Part shown: positions 27,741 to 36,595 of the stretch, piece by piece
Layout of the letters: every line of letters begins with the position of its first letter
Position numbering within the stretch: the first letter of the stretch is position 1
The notes under the pieces: generated by a model
What the model was told of the DNA's origin: nothing
Database searches by the model: none
Seen by the model: only the letters and a program-made list of their open reading frames with translations
Made by a program: the position numbers and the translations under genes
Source of the DNA: an uncultured Candidatus Saccharibacteria bacterium
GTDB taxonomy: Bacteria; Patescibacteriota; Minisyncoccia; Phycocordibacterales; UBA6899
NCBI GenBank assembly: GCA_964386905.1
Contig: CAYLUP010000002.1
Coordinates: forward strand, 522 to 64,521
DNA: 64,000 bases
Direction of reading: 5' to 3'

Positions 27741-28589
27741 ATGCGTACATATTTCATTGTTATTTTTATGGCACTCTTTGCTCCCGCAAGCGTGTTCGCC
27801 TACGAGTTTCGTGCAGAGGTGCGCGAAACACAGATTGGGCCAGGGTCTACGGTTATTGTTGATCTGAAACTTGCAGCGCGGACACTAGTAAATGCGTGTG
27901 AAGGATATCTTCAGTATGACAGTTCCGCATTTGATATCGTTCGTATTTCTTCTGGAAATTCTGTTGTTAATTTTTGGATCGAGGAGCCAAAAGTCACTGA
28001 GTACGGGATTCGATTTTCAGGAGCAACTCCTGGTGCATTCTCTGGGCAAGATAATCACGTGTTGAGTGTGGCATTTCGTGCGAAGCGAGAAGGCATTTTT
28101 GATTTTGTTCCCCATTCTTCTGTCGTATATTTGTCTGACGGGCATGGTACATCACTTGTGCCTCGAGCTCACGCAGCAGCTGTCTCCGTTGATGGTTTTG
28201 CTCGTAGTGAGCATGTCGTGGATGGAGACACTGAGCTTCCTGAGGATTTTACCCCATTTATTGTTGAGCATCCTGATATGTTTTCTGGAGAGAAAACTCT
28301 TATCTTTGCGACGCAAGATAAAGGATCGGGAATCTCACATTATACTGTCAAAGAGGGATTGCTCGGGTGGTATCGCACAGCATCTTCTCCCTATCTCTTG
28401 AAACATGATGCATTGCATCGTACAATATATATACGAGCCTATGACCATGCGGGGAATATCCGCACAGTCATCATTCCCGCTACTGTACCGCGTTCAGCAT
28501 TCTCTTGGTGGATGGTTGGTGGACTCACCGTTCTTACCTGTTTCGCACTTTTGACAATAGTATGGAAAAAATATTTCATCAGACGATAA
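27741..28589 (+). CDS. Cohesin domain protein, C-terminal TM
   Basis: VNACEGYLQYD..IVRISSGNSVVNFWIEEP, YLSDGHG; D..SGI.HY, AYDHAGN. Confidence 0.75.
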   Translation: MRTYFIVIFMALFAPASVFAYEFRAEVRETQIGPGSTVIVDLKLAARTLVNACEGYLQYDSSAFDIVRISSGNSVVNFWIEEPKVTEYGIRFSGATPGAFSGQDNHVLSVAFRAKREGIFDFVPHSSVVYLSDGHGTSLVPRAHAAAVSVDGFARSEHVVDGDTELPEDFTPFIVEHPDMFSGEKTLIFATQDKGSGISHYTVKEGLLGWYRTASSPYLLKHDALHRTIYIRAYDHAGNIRTVIIPATVPRSAFSWWMVGGLTVLTCFALLTIVWKKYFIRR

Positions 28590-30280
28590 TTGCTTTTTGC
28601 TTTCTTGCATTCCCATGCATATCTTTTGCTGCAACCCTGTCGCTTGCACCGTCAGTATTTTCGCCACAGGTTGGGAGTACTTTTGTCGTTAATGTGAATG
28701 TGTCGACTCCTGATAAGGTGATGAATGCCGCTTCAGGAGTTCTTTCGTACGACCCTGCGCTTCTTGAAATTATCTCTGTGTCCAAGACAGGGTCTATCGT
28801 GTCCTTGTGGGCAGAGGAGCCACTATTTGACAATACTAGCGGCCGCATGAGTTTTGAGGGTATTTTATATGCGCCAGGGTATTCTGGCCCGTCTGGCAAA
28901 ATTTGCGCAATTACATTTAAGGCAAAAGCCGTTGGCAGTACAGTACTTCGCTTCACAAATGGCTCGGTGTTGGCAAGTGATGGATATGGGGAGAATATTC
29001 TTTCTTCCATGAGCCCGCTCTCTCTTGCTGTTGGACAGCCCACCAAGAAGCAAGTTCCTATCTCGCTTGCTGGCGAGGTAGAGAAAGAGCCTGTTCGAAT
29101 ATTTGGGCGTGCAGTTGCAATTACATCAAGTTCACACCCAGATGCGAACGCGTGGTATGCAAATAATTCTCCCGTGTTTTCTTGGGTTCTCCCCGAGGGT
29201 GCACTCGAAGTTAAGACATTAATTAGTCGTCTCAGCTCACGAAATCCAACTGTCCCGTACATTCCACCAATTGCTGAGAAAAAGGCGGAAAAAGTGATTG
29301 ATGGGACACATTATTTTAGTCTTCAGGTTCGGACGAGGGATGGTTGGTCTCCAACATCACGATATCAGGTGAACATTGATACTGTCCCGCCAAATAAATT
29401 TACTGTCGCTATTGTAAACGAAGACCGAGATAAAAAAACTCCCCCACATATTGCATTCGAAACACAAGATGCACTTTCTGGTGTCAGTCATTATGAAGTG
29501 CGTGTTGATGATGGCGAGGTTATGCGGACATCTTCTCATGACATGAAAGATCCGTTTGCGATTCCCGCACTTCCTCCTGGTGGTCATATTGTTACTGTTT
29601 CCGCCTTTGACCACGCAGGGAATATGACGCAAGCAGCACTAGATTTTACGGTAGATGCCATTCCTTCTCCTAAAATCATTGCGCTTCCACAGGTTGTCTA
29701 TGGGGGAGAGCGGTCAGAGATTCGAGGAATCTCATCCCCGTTTGATACTGTTTTCGTGAGATATTCTGATGGTAATACCTTTATACATGAAGAATCAGTA
29801 ACGACGGGGGAGGCTGGGGCATTCGTGATACCAGTAACCTCAAAAATTCCACGTGGTTCATATATAGTTTCTGCGTATGCTGTTGATCGGTCTTTGTCGC
29901 GAAGTTACGAAACAACACCAGCTATCCTCTCTCTCCGGCCGTTTTATGTAAAGGCGTCATTTCTTGCATTTGCGCTTTTTGGCGTTTTGTTCCTTGTTGC
30001 TATTGGGGCAACTATCGCTATGTGGTTATATGCGCGTCGACACGGAGAACGTGTTGCACGTGTTGCTCTTATGCGCATTCGATATGCTGAACAGGAGACA
30101 GAAAAGGCCTTTGATATTTTAAGAGAGGAAATTATTGAACGTGTTGCGCTGCTTAAGGCAAAGAAGCCAAAAAGGAAATATACTGCAGAAGAAGTACACT
30201 TCCTTGAGACACTTGAGAGCTATCTTGGAGAGGCGAAGGATGTCATCGTTTCAGATGTTCGAAAAGTTATTGAAAAATAA
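28562..30280 (+). CDS. Cohesin plus Ig-like domain protein, C-terminal TM
   Basis: MNAASGVLSYDPALLEIISVSKTGSIVSLWAEEP, VLASDGYG, ITSSSHPD..WY. Confidence 0.78.
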   Translation: MEKIFHQTIIAFCFLAFPCISFAATLSLAPSVFSPQVGSTFVVNVNVSTPDKVMNAASGVLSYDPALLEIISVSKTGSIVSLWAEEPLFDNTSGRMSFEGILYAPGYSGPSGKICAITFKAKAVGSTVLRFTNGSVLASDGYGENILSSMSPLSLAVGQPTKKQVPISLAGEVEKEPVRIFGRAVAITSSSHPDANAWYANNSPVFSWVLPEGALEVKTLISRLSSRNPTVPYIPPIAEKKAEKVIDGTHYFSLQVRTRDGWSPTSRYQVNIDTVPPNKFTVAIVNEDRDKKTPPHIAFETQDALSGVSHYEVRVDDGEVMRTSSHDMKDPFAIPALPPGGHIVTVSAFDHAGNMTQAALDFTVDAIPSPKIIALPQVVYGGERSEIRGISSPFDTVFVRYSDGNTFIHEESVTTGEAGAFVIPVTSKIPRGSYIVSAYAVDRSLSRSYETTPAILSLRPFYVKASFLAFALFGVLFLVAIGATIAMWLYARRHGERVARVALMRIRYAEQETEKAFDILREEIIERVALLKAKKPKRKYTAEEVHFLETLESYLGEAKDVIVSDVRKVIEK

Positions 30281-30299
30281 AACACGACAACGTCGTGTG

Positions 30300-31175
30300 T
30301 TATTTTTGGAAAATATCCCACAACTCGTTAGAAGAATAAAAGAGAGCCCCAAGTTCTCCGTACGTGTATACGTGACCACCTGTTTCAATTTGAGCACCGC
30401 CAATGACAGGTGATTCTTTGGGGGATGATTTCTCAAAACCCAGATTAAAGAGTGTTGTGAGAACGCCGGCATTGCCTGAGATGTCATATCCGGCCTTTTT
30501 CCATTGTGCAGTAATCTCTTGGATAAATATTGCAGTGTAGAGATAGGAAAAATAATGATCTTTCGCATCTGTAAGGCGTTGATAGAGTTGTTCTCCCGAG
30601 CGTGTCTGCGTGGGGTAGGCGATAAGTGGCGAAATGTGATTTCCTGGATATAAGGGAGAGGAAGAATCTAATGCATACCTTTCTATTGCTTCAGCAGTTT
30701 CTTGTTTAATCCCAGTTACGCCAAGTGAAAATTGCGAGAGAGAGCCGAGAATTTTTAATGGTTCAAAATATCTTTTAAACACCTCTCTTTCTGCTGTGAA
30801 GAAGCGAATTTGTTCGGGGACAACTATGCTTGCAATAATGCGTGGGGATGCACCAGTCTCCTTCGCAACACGATTGATAATGTGAGCGTCCTTTCGAAGT
30901 CCTTCACGAACAACGGCCCACTCTGCTGTTTCATTCCAAGAGCACACAGACTCCTCTTCGGAGATGCAGGTTCCTGAATGTATTGAGTCATCTGGGGTGT
31001 GTTGTGTTTGTGTCGTAGGCGCTGTGCTCTGGAAAAATTTGTTTCGTTCTGAAATAGATCCGCGAACATTGAAGAGTCCAAAATGCATTGCGACAAATAC
31101 AAAAGTAAAGAGAAGCCCAATTCCAGCGAATATGAGCGTGAGGATAATCACCGTTGTACGAAGATGTCGATGCAT
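30300..31175 (-). CDS. Membrane-anchored protein, possible lysozyme-like fold
   Basis: N-terminal TM; IASIVVPEQIR, SLGVTGIK, TLFNLG resemble SLT-like motifs. Confidence 0.55.
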   Translation of the reverse strand: MHRHLRTTVIILTLIFAGIGLLFTFVFVAMHFGLFNVRGSISERNKFFQSTAPTTQTQHTPDDSIHSGTCISEEESVCSWNETAEWAVVREGLRKDAHIINRVAKETGASPRIIASIVVPEQIRFFTAEREVFKRYFEPLKILGSLSQFSLGVTGIKQETAEAIERYALDSSSPLYPGNHISPLIAYPTQTRSGEQLYQRLTDAKDHYFSYLYTAIFIQEITAQWKKAGYDISGNAGVLTTLFNLGFEKSSPKESPVIGGAQIETGGHVYTYGELGALFYSSNELWDIFQK

Positions 31176-31232
31176 TGCTGCACGATTATGACGTATTTTA
31201 ACTCTTTTCGCAATGGCGTATACTATGGATAT

Positions 31233-31760
31233 ATGCGACGAGTCATTGTCCACGATAAGATGCAGGATGGGTATGTATATGTGTGTACAGAGCCTGTAGG
31301 GAAAAACTTTCATCCTGATTTCCGCCCAGATCTCAATCCGCAAGAACTTCTTTCTCTCGGTGTTTTTGGTGGACGCTATCTCCGTGATTGTCGACAGGAG
31401 TTTCCTTCATCGTGGTTTTCTCATGGACGTTTCCATGAAGAGGGTATCCCAGGGCATTCTCCTGCGTTGAATTGTTTTGGTGTTGATGCAAGCCAACCTC
31501 TTTCCGTATGGAGAGACAAGGGGTGGATCAACCATGCGCACGACCCTCGAGGGTGGTTTCAGTGGTATTGCCGTTATTATATGGGGCGGAGACTGGAAGA
31601 TGAGGATAATCGACAAATACAGCGCTGGAAAGCGATGAGAAGACACCTGGCACAGCTGACGAAACATTGCTCTGGAAAAGGGGATGGATGTAGGAAAAAA
31701 CAGCGCCAAGCACTCCTCCATTGGGCGTATGATACGAGAGATGCACATACTCGGCACTAG
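31233..31760 (+). CDS. Conserved hypothetical protein (DPRGWFQWYCRY family)
   Basis: GVFGGRY, N.FGVDASQ.L..W, DPRGWFQWYCRYYMGRR, RQALLHWAYD. Confidence 0.8.
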   Translation: MRRVIVHDKMQDGYVYVCTEPVGKNFHPDFRPDLNPQELLSLGVFGGRYLRDCRQEFPSSWFSHGRFHEEGIPGHSPALNCFGVDASQPLSVWRDKGWINHAHDPRGWFQWYCRYYMGRRLEDEDNRQIQRWKAMRRHLAQLTKHCSGKGDGCRKKQRQALLHWAYDTRDAHTRH

Positions 31761-31806
31761 GTGTTGTCTCTCCTGGTGCACGTGCGATGTGTGTTATAAT
31801 GTATAT

Positions 31807-32202
31807 ATGAAAGGATATGTAGCAAATATTGAAGAGCTTTCGCTCGAGAATACCAATTTTAGAAAGGTTTTGTATACGACAAAAAATTCCCAGCTCGTAC
31901 TTATGTCTTTGCTCCCGGGTGAGGATATTGGTATGGAAATACATACGGAAAATGATCAATTTTTTCGTATTGATCAAGGAGAAGGAAAGGTTATTATTGA
32001 TGGCAACGAATATGCCGTTTCAGATGGATTTGCAATTGTTATTCCGAAAGGTGCTGAGCACAACGTGTTGAACACTGGGGGCGAAGAAATGAAGATCTAT
32101 ACGCTCTATATGCCGCCACACCACAAGGATGGTACCCTCCACGAGACAAAACAGATTGCCGAAGAGAATGAAGTGGAGTTTGATGGAGAAACGACAGAAT
32201 AA
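31807..32202 (+). CDS. Cupin domain protein
   Basis: QLVLMSL..GEDIGMEIH..DQFF, IPKGAEHNV, YTLYMPPHH. Confidence 0.9.
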   Translation: MKGYVANIEELSLENTNFRKVLYTTKNSQLVLMSLLPGEDIGMEIHTENDQFFRIDQGEGKVIIDGNEYAVSDGFAIVIPKGAEHNVLNTGGEEMKIYTLYMPPHHKDGTLHETKQIAEENEVEFDGETTE

Positions 32203-32211
32203 AAAACACAC

Positions 32212-34245
32212 CTATGGTGTGTTTTTTTGAAAGACAATCCGAACATGAAGGCCACCATGCGTACTCTTGTGATATGTAATGTTTCCTTGGTGTGTTCGGA
32301 TAACGTGGTGTGCAATCGCGAGCCCAACTCCCTTAGTGTTGTGTTGTTTATGAACATCAAGTAGTGGCGTTCCGAGGAGTGGAAAATATACTTCTGGTAC
32401 ACCGATACCATTATCCTCGATATCAAGAATTATCCGTTCTTTCTGCTCTGTTACACAAAACCATGTTGTGAGTGTCGCCCCTTCTTTTGGATGCTCAGCA
32501 GCGTTTTTGAAAATTTCGAGCAACGCACGTTTTAGGAGGAGCGGATTTCCTTCGATAGGCATATCGCCCATGTCGTGTTTGGTGTTTATCTGTTGTGTAC
32601 ACGAGGCGACAACGTCCTTGAGAAGTGTGCGGAGAGAATGTACTTCTCCTGCTGAAATGATTGTGCTTTGTACGCGAACGAGATCAATAAGGCCCTGGAT
32701 GGTAATTTGTGATTGCTCAAGTACGGCATGCTGTGCGTCGTGTGCATTTTTTCTCCTCGTAAGTGAGATGAGATATTCTCGAAATCGTGCAATATATAGT
32801 GATGTCTGTGTTTTTCTCTCATCTTTTTCTTCTCGCTGCATTTGCTGAATGCGAGAAAGGGTGGAAGAAAGCTTCGATTTTTCTTGTTGTAGTTGCTCAA
32901 TACATCCAACACGTAAGAGTAGTGGAGAAATAGTGTGTGCCAGATCTGTTAGAAACCGGATGTCATTTTGAGTACACGTTCGAGACTTATTTTTGAGCTT
33001 TCCAGTGAGTACACCGATCATATGATTCTTGCATATGATAGGGATAAGAATGTCTGTATCGATTGTATTCATTGCTTGTTGCGCACATGTTTTATGCTCA
33101 TATTCTGTTTCAGGGATACCATAGAGGACTGTCTCTTGTGTGTATGCTGGTGGATTCGTTGAAGATTTCATCCGAGCGACAGAAAGTTCTGCGATTGCGT
33201 TGCCAACGTTTGTCGGGCAACGCGCAGCAGTGAAGAGACGAACATGCGCTAAGCCAATGTAATCATGAGCAATACGAATAATCATGTGTTCAATGTCAAT
33301 ATACGATGAAGCAAGCATGAGCTGTTGAAGAATTTCATTCGGGAGTGGTTGATCGGTATGCGGGGAAGTTGTGCGCGTTCTTATTGTGTGAATGACGCGA
33401 ATAGCTTTGTTCCCAAGATAAACCGACAATACATAAATGCACCCTGCAATTATTATTGCGCTGAGCATATCATCCGTACGTTTATAGAAGAACGCGAGCC
33501 CAACAATGCAGAGAGGAATGCTTGTTATCCATGGAATAGCATGAAGTAGGAGGGAGAGGAGGATGTGTCGAATACTAATGTAATATTCTTGGAGAACAAG
33601 AAAAACAATACTTCCGGCAAGAGATGTCGAAAAAAGTGGTCCCGCGCTATTTAGCTTTGGAAAATCAAAAAAATTTGGGAGAATAACATTCGTGATAATA
33701 CTTGCAACGATTGTACACGTCATGACCGAGAGAAACCAAAAGAATTTTTGTCGAAGAAGCGGATTGAAAGAGCGCTTGAAGCGGTGAAGAAGAATGAGCG
33801 TAGGGAGAATCCCGCCCAATGAAATCAATATACTAAAAATGACATGCTGAACATCGCGTTCAATAGAGAGATGTCCTGTGGCGTGGATGTGAAGATTACG
33901 AACAAGAAGGTGTGGTGTGCTTGCAAGAAGTATTGCAAGGAGTGTTGGAATGAAAAAGATTACGTGTTTATGTGTAAGCGTATTGCTTGGGAACATTAAT
34001 GCAAACGCTGTAAGCCCCATCAGGCCAATTGGCGCACTCATAAAGGCACCTTGGGCAAAGGTCCAGTGACCAGTAAGGAGGGTGAGGAGAAGCATGCAAG
34101 ACCATCCGAAGACACCGGTGAGGAAAATAAGCAACGCATACTCGTATGGTCGAGAGAGGCCTCGGCGGATGAGTATAATCCCTGCCCAAATCATGGAAAG
34201 TGCAGAGAGTGTAAGTAAGGTATATTCAATCAGTAACACCGACAT
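32212..34245 (-). CDS. Multi-TM (HisKA_7TM/LuxN-like) sensor with GAF-like and HATPase_c domains; H-box His absent
   Basis: ~8-9 TM helices; ILIPII..IGVL..DIRFL (GAF); N box IFKNAAEH, G1 IEDNGIG, G2 GVGLAI. Confidence 0.8.
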   Translation of the reverse strand: MSVLLIEYTLLTLSALSMIWAGIILIRRGLSRPYEYALLIFLTGVFGWSCMLLLTLLTGHWTFAQGAFMSAPIGLMGLTAFALMFPSNTLTHKHVIFFIPTLLAILLASTPHLLVRNLHIHATGHLSIERDVQHVIFSILISLGGILPTLILLHRFKRSFNPLLRQKFFWFLSVMTCTIVASIITNVILPNFFDFPKLNSAGPLFSTSLAGSIVFLVLQEYYISIRHILLSLLLHAIPWITSIPLCIVGLAFFYKRTDDMLSAIIIAGCIYVLSVYLGNKAIRVIHTIRTRTTSPHTDQPLPNEILQQLMLASSYIDIEHMIIRIAHDYIGLAHVRLFTAARCPTNVGNAIAELSVARMKSSTNPPAYTQETVLYGIPETEYEHKTCAQQAMNTIDTDILIPIICKNHMIGVLTGKLKNKSRTCTQNDIRFLTDLAHTISPLLLRVGCIEQLQQEKSKLSSTLSRIQQMQREEKDERKTQTSLYIARFREYLISLTRRKNAHDAQHAVLEQSQITIQGLIDLVRVQSTIISAGEVHSLRTLLKDVVASCTQQINTKHDMGDMPIEGNPLLLKRALLEIFKNAAEHPKEGATLTTWFCVTEQKERIILDIEDNGIGVPEVYFPLLGTPLLDVHKQHNTKGVGLAIAHHVIRTHQGNITYHKSTHGGLHVRIVFQKNTP

Positions 34246-34294
34246 AGGTATACTTCACTATACCACATTCAAAAGAAAAAGCCCCCAAGGGGCC

Positions 34295-34939
34295 TTAGGA
34301 AACATGTTGCATGTGAAGAACGCTCTCAGTAAGTGAGATGTGAAGCGTAGGAAGAGTTGTTGTATCAAACTGAGAGAATGCATGTGGAATCGCTTCGGTT
34401 TCTGTTGTATATGTTGCCCTTCCTGCGCGGAGATATCTCTCGAGTTTTTCTTGGAATACAGGATCTATGTTTTTTGGAATTGCCGTTCCAAGATTTGAGA
34501 ACTCAATACCGAAGATCTTTGAAAATCGCGAAAGGAGCTTGTCTCCAACAAAGACGATATGGGATATGCCTTGTTGGTATGCTGCGAGCCCGGCTGAAAG
34601 GATTGTTGTTGCGGCAAGAAGTTGAATTTGTTTTTTCTCAACGCGTTCAACGTCAACAGCAAGTGCACCTATTTCCGCAAAAGCCGAGCGAGGGGCACGT
34701 GCGTTGATGTGGTACAAAATGGGTCTGTCAAAAAAACGTTCAAAAAAAAGAGGGGAGTGTGTTTCGGCCATGAAAACACCCGTAGTTGCAATCGGAACAT
34801 TGTCTTCACAAATACATGAAAATATATCCGCATGCGCTGGGTTTTCAACACCGAGTCTGTGTGTATATTGTGTGTCGACGAATGCTCGTGCGAGTTGGTA
34901 ATAGTGCTCGCCAGGTTTTGTGATATGCAGGTAGCGCAT
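34295..34939 (-). CDS. Thermostable hemolysin family / GNAT acyl-signal synthase-like protein
   Basis: FV..QY..R, PLFFERFFDRPI, RSAFAEIGALA; SD AAGGAGG. Confidence 0.72.
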   Translation of the reverse strand: MRYLHITKPGEHYYQLARAFVDTQYTHRLGVENPAHADIFSCICEDNVPIATTGVFMAETHSPLFFERFFDRPILYHINARAPRSAFAEIGALAVDVERVEKKQIQLLAATTILSAGLAAYQQGISHIVFVGDKLLSRFSKIFGIEFSNLGTAIPKNIDPVFQEKLERYLRAGRATYTTETEAIPHAFSQFDTTTLPTLHISLTESVLHMQHVS

Positions 34940-35379
34940 AGGCCCTCCTTGGGCTGAAAGAACACTGTATGTAGTGTAACTTACTTTTTGTATAGTTGTG
35001 TCATCGCACCTGTGGATGCTACTATTTTATTATTACATCGCAAGTGTTTGTATGCACAGAATGTATTGATGCAACATCTCTCGTTTATCTTGTGGGGTTG
35101 TAGAGAAGAATCATTACGAAACGATTTTTACACAAACATGACGAGTCTTGATGTACTGCCGTTATGTGGGGCGTGTGTTGTTGTATTCATCTTGTATTTG
35201 TTTTGTGGAGATGAAATACATTGAAACACAAGTGTTGCATCGTTTTGGCTAAGAGATTCGCCGTCCTGTGTAATTATTTCACATGAGAGGAGTTGGGGCG
35301 CGTTCTCCTGAAGAGAATGTTTATAGTTTGTTAAACTGCTTTCTTGAAAGAGTGTTGTGGGTACTCTATTAATAATTTT

Positions 35380-36108
35380 ATGAAAACAACATACCTCATT
35401 GTTCGTGATGCGGTGCATGCATTAGGCTCTCCTGGTGATGCAAAAAAATTACAGCGTTTTTTTAAAACAGCACCTGGGGAATATGGAGAAGGAGATATTT
35501 TTATTGGAGTTCGTATGCCCGTATTGCGACGACTGCTTCAAAGTTTTCGCCCACTGCCTCGCACGGTTATTCAAAAACTCCTTCGATCTCCTGTGCATGA
35601 AGAGCGTATGTTGGGTTGTCTTGCATGTGTTGATGCGTATCGTCATGCGTGTAATGAGAAAGAAAAAAATGGCTGTATTGCTACATATATCGCATCCTTC
35701 CCTCATATCAATAATTGGGATCTTGTGGATGTGTCTGCGCCGTATATCCTTGGTGTTGCTGCGATAGATTCTCCTGTTCTTCGTGCGAGATTGAAGGCAT
35801 ACGCGCATTCAGCAACATTATGGGAGAAACGCATTGCGATAGTTTCGTCGTTGGGTTGTATCCGTGCGGGTGATGACTCGTTGACGTATGAGATCGCGGA
35901 AATACTTCTTTTCGATCCACATGATCTTATTCAGAAAGCTGTCGGGTGGATGTTGCGAGAAGCAGGGAAGCGTGTGAGTGTTCATCGCGAAAAAACATTT
36001 CTTCAACAACACGCATCCGTAATGCCAAGAACAATGTTGCGATATGCTATTGAACATTTTTCTGAGACAGAAAGAAAAAAATATTTATATATGAAAAAGA
36101 AAAAATAA
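35380..36108 (+). CDS. DNA alkylation repair protein (AlkD-like)
   Basis: FFKT.PGEYGEGD.FIGV, INNWDLVD, DLIQKAVGWMLRE, MPRTMLRYAIE. Confidence 0.92.
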   Translation: MKTTYLIVRDAVHALGSPGDAKKLQRFFKTAPGEYGEGDIFIGVRMPVLRRLLQSFRPLPRTVIQKLLRSPVHEERMLGCLACVDAYRHACNEKEKNGCIATYIASFPHINNWDLVDVSAPYILGVAAIDSPVLRARLKAYAHSATLWEKRIAIVSSLGCIRAGDDSLTYEIAEILLFDPHDLIQKAVGWMLREAGKRVSVHREKTFLQQHASVMPRTMLRYAIEHFSETERKKYLYMKKKK

Positions 36109-36257
36109 TTTTTTGACTTATCCACATTTATTTTTCATGTGATATTGTATGCATCATCGAAGTGCGAGATAATAAAGATAGGAGTGGTGCATACATCACT
36201 CTGCTCGTCCGCTTTTGGTCGAAGCAGACTCTTTATCCATCAGCACATAAAAATATT

Positions 36258-36395
36258 ATGGCAGCAAAGAAGGTTGCAGCTAAGAAAGTTGCAAAGAAGC
36301 CAGTTGCAAAGAAGACTGTAAAGAAGGTTGTAAAGAAGGCAGTCAAGAAGGTTGCAAAGAAGGCAGTAAAGAAGGTGGCAGCAAAGAAGAAGTAA
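36258..36395 (+). CDS. Small Lys/Ala/Val-rich histone H1-like protein (45 aa)
   Basis: MAAKKVAAKKVAKKPVAKK...; terminator at 36413-36439. Confidence 0.75.
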   Translation: MAAKKVAAKKVAKKPVAKKTVKKVVKKAVKKVAKKAVKKVAAKKK

Positions 36396-36595
36396 TTCTC
36401 TTGTCCCACACACAAAAAAGCCCCTCAGGGGCTTTTTTGTATCTGCTTAAAAGCTAGTTTTAGTTTTATTCCACTGTCTTTTTCTTATGCCCCTTATCCT
36501 ATACCCTTTAACCCTCTTCCTCCTATCCACCACCCATGAACCACCGCATTCGCCCCATTCGCCTTTTTCGCGTTTTTTGTTATAGTTAACGTACT

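Noticed and set aside
26696-30280. Cellulosome
   Set aside because: No CAZyme catalytic domains or multi-cohesin scaffoldin recognisable
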